From Bacillota bacterium (GTDB lineage Bacteria; Bacillota; Sulfobacillia; Sulfobacillales; JAIMBI01), in the NCBI GenBank assembly GCA_021797815.1, contig JAJZYZ010000005.1:10469-74468 (forward strand): a DNA stretch of 64,000 nt. Direction: 5' to 3'. Below, piece by piece: positions 60,541 to 64,000 of this stretch. Positions within the stretch are counted from its first letter, which is position 1. Every line of letters begins with the position of its first letter. The notes under the pieces are model-generated. The model was given only the letters and a program-made list of their open reading frames with translations. It was not told the origin of the DNA and made no database searches. Both the position numbers and the translations under genes were made by a program.

Positions 60541-60735
60541 CTAAGGCATGCGGTGAAAAAGTTTCAAGGCAGCGTGCCACAGGGGTCCCCCCGCGACCAG
60601 GTCGCCCATTACCACGAGCGCGGTCAAGACAAAGAGACTGCCATACATCCGCTCAGCCCGGCGCCGCTGACGCTCGCGTCGGCGTCCGCTGCGCGAGGGA
60701 GGAGGGCTATCTTCAACCGGCCCCGGGTTCTGCAC
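60541..60735 (-). CDS. Possible small membrane protein
   Basis: Arg-rich N-terminus, then one TM (MYGSLFVLTALVVMGDLVAGG). Weak; may start at the internal ATG 60648. Confidence 0.25.
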   Translation of the reverse strand: MQNPGPVEDSPPPSRSGRRRERQRRRAERMYGSLFVLTALVVMGDLVAGGPLWHAALKLFHRMP

Positions 60736-61342
60736 GCGACTCCCTCCGATTTGACATCCGCCTCATACTAGCAAACGCTGCCGCGGTGAGGGGGGTGACC
60801 GGGTGGAATATGGCCGCACGGTATCAGATTTTGGCGTCGAGTGGGAAATCGGAGGCCTGAAAAAGGCGAGCGGGTCACCGTCGGCAGGACGGGCGCCATA
60901 CGAGTCACGGCCCTCGCCGTACGAGCGATCTTCTCTTCGGCGTCGGGCGTCCGTTCGAAACTCATCCCGATGCCAACCCGGCGGGGTCGCCCGAGCCCCT
61001 GCCGACGCCGGAAGGATCCCGATGCTCGCCGTCCGGCCGGCACGCGGGCCACTTGAAGCGCACTTTTTTCTTTGGGCGGCTCCTGCGGCCCACCGTCGCA
61101 CAAAGCTCGGTGCCGCATCGACCACCCGGCCCCGTGAGAAGGGCGGCCAGGGAGGGTGATTCGCGCCGTGGGCAAACCGGTCCCGCCGTGGTTTGACGGC
61201 CGTCGTGCGGGCGCGTCCCGGGCCATGCGGGCAGATGCGCGCGCTGGGTTGGTCGAAACGTTCGAGGGCCGGTGAGCTCTCCCGCTCGCCGTAGGTTGAT
61301 CTGATAATGTGAAGAGGGGGAGCATATACGCCACGCCTCGTC

Positions 61343-62200
61343 ATCGTCACGGGCCAATCTGGCGCCGGCCGGACGCTCGCGTTGCGGGCGTTCGAGGATC
61401 TGGGCTACTACTGCGTCGATAATCTGCCCCCGGCGCTTTTGGGTCCGTTTTCGGACCTCGTGCAGAAAGCTCGCGTGAAGGGCGCCGCGATTGCCATCGA
61501 TGTGCGGGGCGGCGCGTTTTTCCACGACCTGGACGCTGCCATCCTGGAGCTCCAGGGATCCGGGGTGGACGTGAGCGTGGTCTTTTTGGAGGCGGACGAG
61601 GATGTCCTCGTGCACCGCTACAAACTCTCTCGCCGCGGTCATCCCCTCGGCCCCGACCGCTCTCTTTTAAATGCCATCAGGGCCGAGAGAGCCGAGCTGA
61701 TGGAACTGCGGGCGCGGGCTGCCGTGGTGCTGGACACCTCCCACCTCGGTCCCGCCCAGCTGCGCGAGCGCATCGGATCACTGTTTGCCCTCAATTCCGA
61801 GGGCCTTCCCTTTCAAGTCCGCCTCATTTCGTTCGGCTTCAAGCATGGGATACCCACCGACACCGACCTGGTGTTGGATGTGCGCTTCCTTCCCAATCCG
61901 CATTATGTCGAAGAGCTGAAGTCCCTCGACGGGACGGTCGCGGCCGTTCGCGAGTGGGTTCTGAAATGGCCCGAGAGTCGTGAAACGATGACGCGGCTGT
62001 CAGATCTTCTGCACTTTTTGCTGCCGCTGTACCGGCGCGAGGGCAAGGCGACCGTGTCGGTCGCGGTGGGATGCACGGGCGGCCAGCACCGCTCGGTCGT
62101 GTTTGTGGATGGGCTCGCGGAGCGGGTTCGCGAGTGGGGCTTCAGCTCCGAGGTGGAGCATCGCGACATCGACCTCGGCAGCGATGGTGAGCACGACTAA
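61343..62200 (+). CDS. rapZ: RNase adapter / nucleotide-binding protein RapZ (YvcJ)
   Basis: The P-loop GQSGAGRT (61352-61375) and LRAFEDLGYYCVDNLPP lie partly upstream of the first canonical start (TTG 61382). The frame is open only from 61313. The start codon is unresolved; ATC 61343 is shown. Confidence 0.88.
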   Translation: MVTGQSGAGRTLALRAFEDLGYYCVDNLPPALLGPFSDLVQKARVKGAAIAIDVRGGAFFHDLDAAILELQGSGVDVSVVFLEADEDVLVHRYKLSRRGHPLGPDRSLLNAIRAERAELMELRARAAVVLDTSHLGPAQLRERIGSLFALNSEGLPFQVRLISFGFKHGIPTDTDLVLDVRFLPNPHYVEELKSLDGTVAAVREWVLKWPESRETMTRLSDLLHFLLPLYRREGKATVSVAVGCTGGQHRSVVFVDGLAERVREWGFSSEVEHRDIDLGSDGEHD

Positions 62201-63495
62201 TGGGTGGCTGGCTCCTGCCCGGACTGCATGTAAAGCGCTGGCTGGTGCTTCTCGGCCTCGGCTTCATCACGATGGGGTTCGGCCTCGGCCTGGTGGCCTT
62301 CCTGCCGCATGGGGTCGGCTGGTGGCGGGCGGGCGTGTTGACCGGAGTCGGGGGACTGGCGGCCATCGCGGTTGGGGCCGGCGGCACCCTCCGGTCGCTG
62401 TCCCGGGCTTTCAACGTCCCTCAAAGTTCGATGGCGGAGTGGCTCATGACACGCCAGCGGGCGGCCCGGGGCCCGAAGGTGGTGGCTCTCGGCGGCGGAA
62501 CCGGACTGCCCACCCTTCTTCGCGGGCTCAAAACCTGCACGAGCAATATCACGGCCATCGTCACGGTGGCCGACGACGGTGGGAGTTCGGGGCGTCTTCG
62601 CGGGAGCCTCGGCGTGCTGCCGCCGGGGGACGTTCGCAATTGCCTTGTGGCCCTGGCGGACGCGGAGCCGCAGATGCGGGACCTCTTTCAGTATCGGTTT
62701 GAGGAGGGCGAACTGTCGGGCCACAGTTTCGGCAATCTCTTCATCGCCGCCATGGAGCGAACGGCCGGGGATTTCGTCTCGGCGCTAGGGGCGCTGTCGC
62801 GCGTTCTCGCCGTGCGCGGGGCCGTCTTTCCGGTGACGCTCGACTCGGTGGCTCTGGTGGCGGAGTTAGAAGACGGCACGCGGGTGGAGGGAGAAAGCCA
62901 GATCGGGCACAGCCAGGCGCCTATCCGGCGGGTATGGCTGGAACCCCAGATGGCGACGCCGCTCGTCGCGGCGTTGCGAGCCATTGAGGACGCCGACCTC
63001 ATCGTCATCGGGCCGGGAAGCCTCTACACCTCGGTGATTCCGAATCTGTTGGTTGCCGAGGTCACCGACGCCATCGTTGGGAGTGCGGCGCCGGTGGTCT
63101 ACGTGGCGAACGTCATGACCCAGCCCGGGGAGACCGCGTCCTATACGGCCTTTGACCATCTGGCCGCGCTTGAGCGCCACAGCCGCAAGGGTCTGGTGGA
63201 TGTGATGGTGGTCAATACCGAGCGTGTGCCGGCCGAGGTTTTGGATCGCTATCGGGCCGACGGTGCGGAGGTGGTGCGGGTGGGACAGGATGAGGACCGG
63301 CGCGCGCGGCCCCGGGTGCGTATCGTGGAGGAGCGGCTCCTGATGCCCGACACGGTGGTGCGGCATGACCCCCAGAAACTCGCCCATGCCGTGCTGTCCG
63401 TATTGTTCAGTGGGAATTCGGAGTGGGTCAAACGCCATCCCTTTGACAGCTGGGCGCTTCATGAACGCATCCGCCTGCAGGGGAGGATGCGCTGA
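62200..63495 (+). CDS. yvcK: YvcK-family (CofD-like) gluconeogenesis/morphology factor
   Basis: N-terminal TM extension, then VVALGGGTGL, VTVADDGGSSGRLR, IGPGSLYTSVIPNLLV. ATG overlaps the rapZ stop. Confidence 0.9.
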   Translation: MGGWLLPGLHVKRWLVLLGLGFITMGFGLGLVAFLPHGVGWWRAGVLTGVGGLAAIAVGAGGTLRSLSRAFNVPQSSMAEWLMTRQRAARGPKVVALGGGTGLPTLLRGLKTCTSNITAIVTVADDGGSSGRLRGSLGVLPPGDVRNCLVALADAEPQMRDLFQYRFEEGELSGHSFGNLFIAAMERTAGDFVSALGALSRVLAVRGAVFPVTLDSVALVAELEDGTRVEGESQIGHSQAPIRRVWLEPQMATPLVAALRAIEDADLIVIGPGSLYTSVIPNLLVAEVTDAIVGSAAPVVYVANVMTQPGETASYTAFDHLAALERHSRKGLVDVMVVNTERVPAEVLDRYRADGAEVVRVGQDEDRRARPRVRIVEERLLMPDTVVRHDPQKLAHAVLSVLFSGNSEWVKRHPFDSWALHERIRLQGRMR

Positions 63496-63499
63496 CAGC

Positions 63500-64000
63500 A
63501 TGTGGTCGTACACGCGCGAGGTAAAAGAGGAGCTGTGCCGCCTCGAAGTCGGGGGGCGCGGCGAGGCGGGGGCGGAACTGTTCGGCATGTGGGACGCGGC
63601 CGGGCACGGCGACCGTCTGGCCGTGGGCTCCGCCCTGGTCCTCAGGCGGGCATACCGGCTGGCACGCGCCGTCCATGTGAATCCTCTCCTTCATCTCATG
63701 CGCAAGAAACGCCGGCTGCAGGTGGCGCTGACACTCGAGCAGCCCGGTCGGCTCGCAGACCTCCTCGGGCGTCGCACGGCGCGCGCGTATCTTCGCGGCG
63801 CCTTTCTGGCCCGCGGATACGTCGCGGAGCCCGAACGGGCCTACAAAATGGAGATCGCGGGCCTGTCGGCGACGGCCTCGCAACGGATACTGGAGGCCTT
63901 GTCCGCGCAAGAGGTGATGGCCCACCTCATCTCCCGGCGCGGACAGGCCCTCGTCTATCTGAACGGTCACGAAGGACTGGGCCGGTTTCTGGCGTCGGTC
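63500..64000 (+). CDS. whiA: Sporulation/cell-division regulator WhiA (5' part, runs off the window)
   Basis: My translation gives MWSYTREVKEELCRLEVGG...YLRGAFLARGYVAEPERAYKMEI. It is open to the window end and therefore absent from the ORF track. Conserved rapZ-yvcK-whiA order. Confidence 0.85.
   Translation, partial: MWSYTREVKEELCRLEVGGRGEAGAELFGMWDAAGHGDRLAVGSALVLRRAYRLARAVHVNPLLHLMRKKRRLQVALTLEQPGRLADLLGRRTARAYLRGAFLARGYVAEPERAYKMEIAGLSATASQRILEALSAQEVMAHLISRRGQALVYLNGHEGLGRFLASV

Noticed and set aside
61307-61312. ATG-TGA at the head of the rapZ frame read as Met-Sec.
   Set aside because: No SECIS-like hairpin follows. Sec at residue 2 of RapZ has no precedent or rationale. A non-canonical start or a sequence error is more likely.

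Overview
High-GC (roughly two-thirds G+C by eye) chromosomal core region. Gene order resembles Bacillota (Firmicutes): atpHAGDC; a two-component system, a GH18-like protein and htrA; two SAM-I (S-box) riboswitches, one before a RuBisCO-like protein plus aminotransferase and one before metK; fabZ; marR and an MFS pump; csp-hpf; an HD-GYP protein; secA-prfB; ribokinase and an MsmX-like ATPase; fumC; ccdA-ispH; ftsEX and a Ctp protease; uvrBAC; an ECF-sigma cluster; rapZ-yvcK-whiA. I saw no rRNA, tRNA, CRISPR array, transposase, integrase or phage module, so this looks like housekeeping sequence rather than an accessory island. I did not find a convincing new multi-gene defence-type system. The most unusual items follow. 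(1) An AhpE-type peroxiredoxin is split in the ORF track by one in-frame TGA at the catalytic Cys position, with a SECIS-like hairpin 10 nt downstream; it is probably a selenoprotein. (2) A SAM-riboswitch-controlled RuBisCO-like protein has lost the carbamylated Lys and the Mg ligands, and is translationally coupled to an aminotransferase. (3) Several long GC-rich stretches have no credible ORF (34.9-35.8 kb, 60.7-61.3 kb, 20.7-21.0 kb) and may hold structured RNAs. (4) Three tandem DnaA boxes sit in an AT-rich island upstream of csp-hpf. (5) prfB has the classic +1 frameshift site. (6) ftsE and rapZ have conserved N-termini encoded upstream of any canonical start codon. Many long ORFs in the track are antisense shadows typical of high-GC DNA and were ignored. 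All family assignments come from motif recognition by eye, not from database searches.
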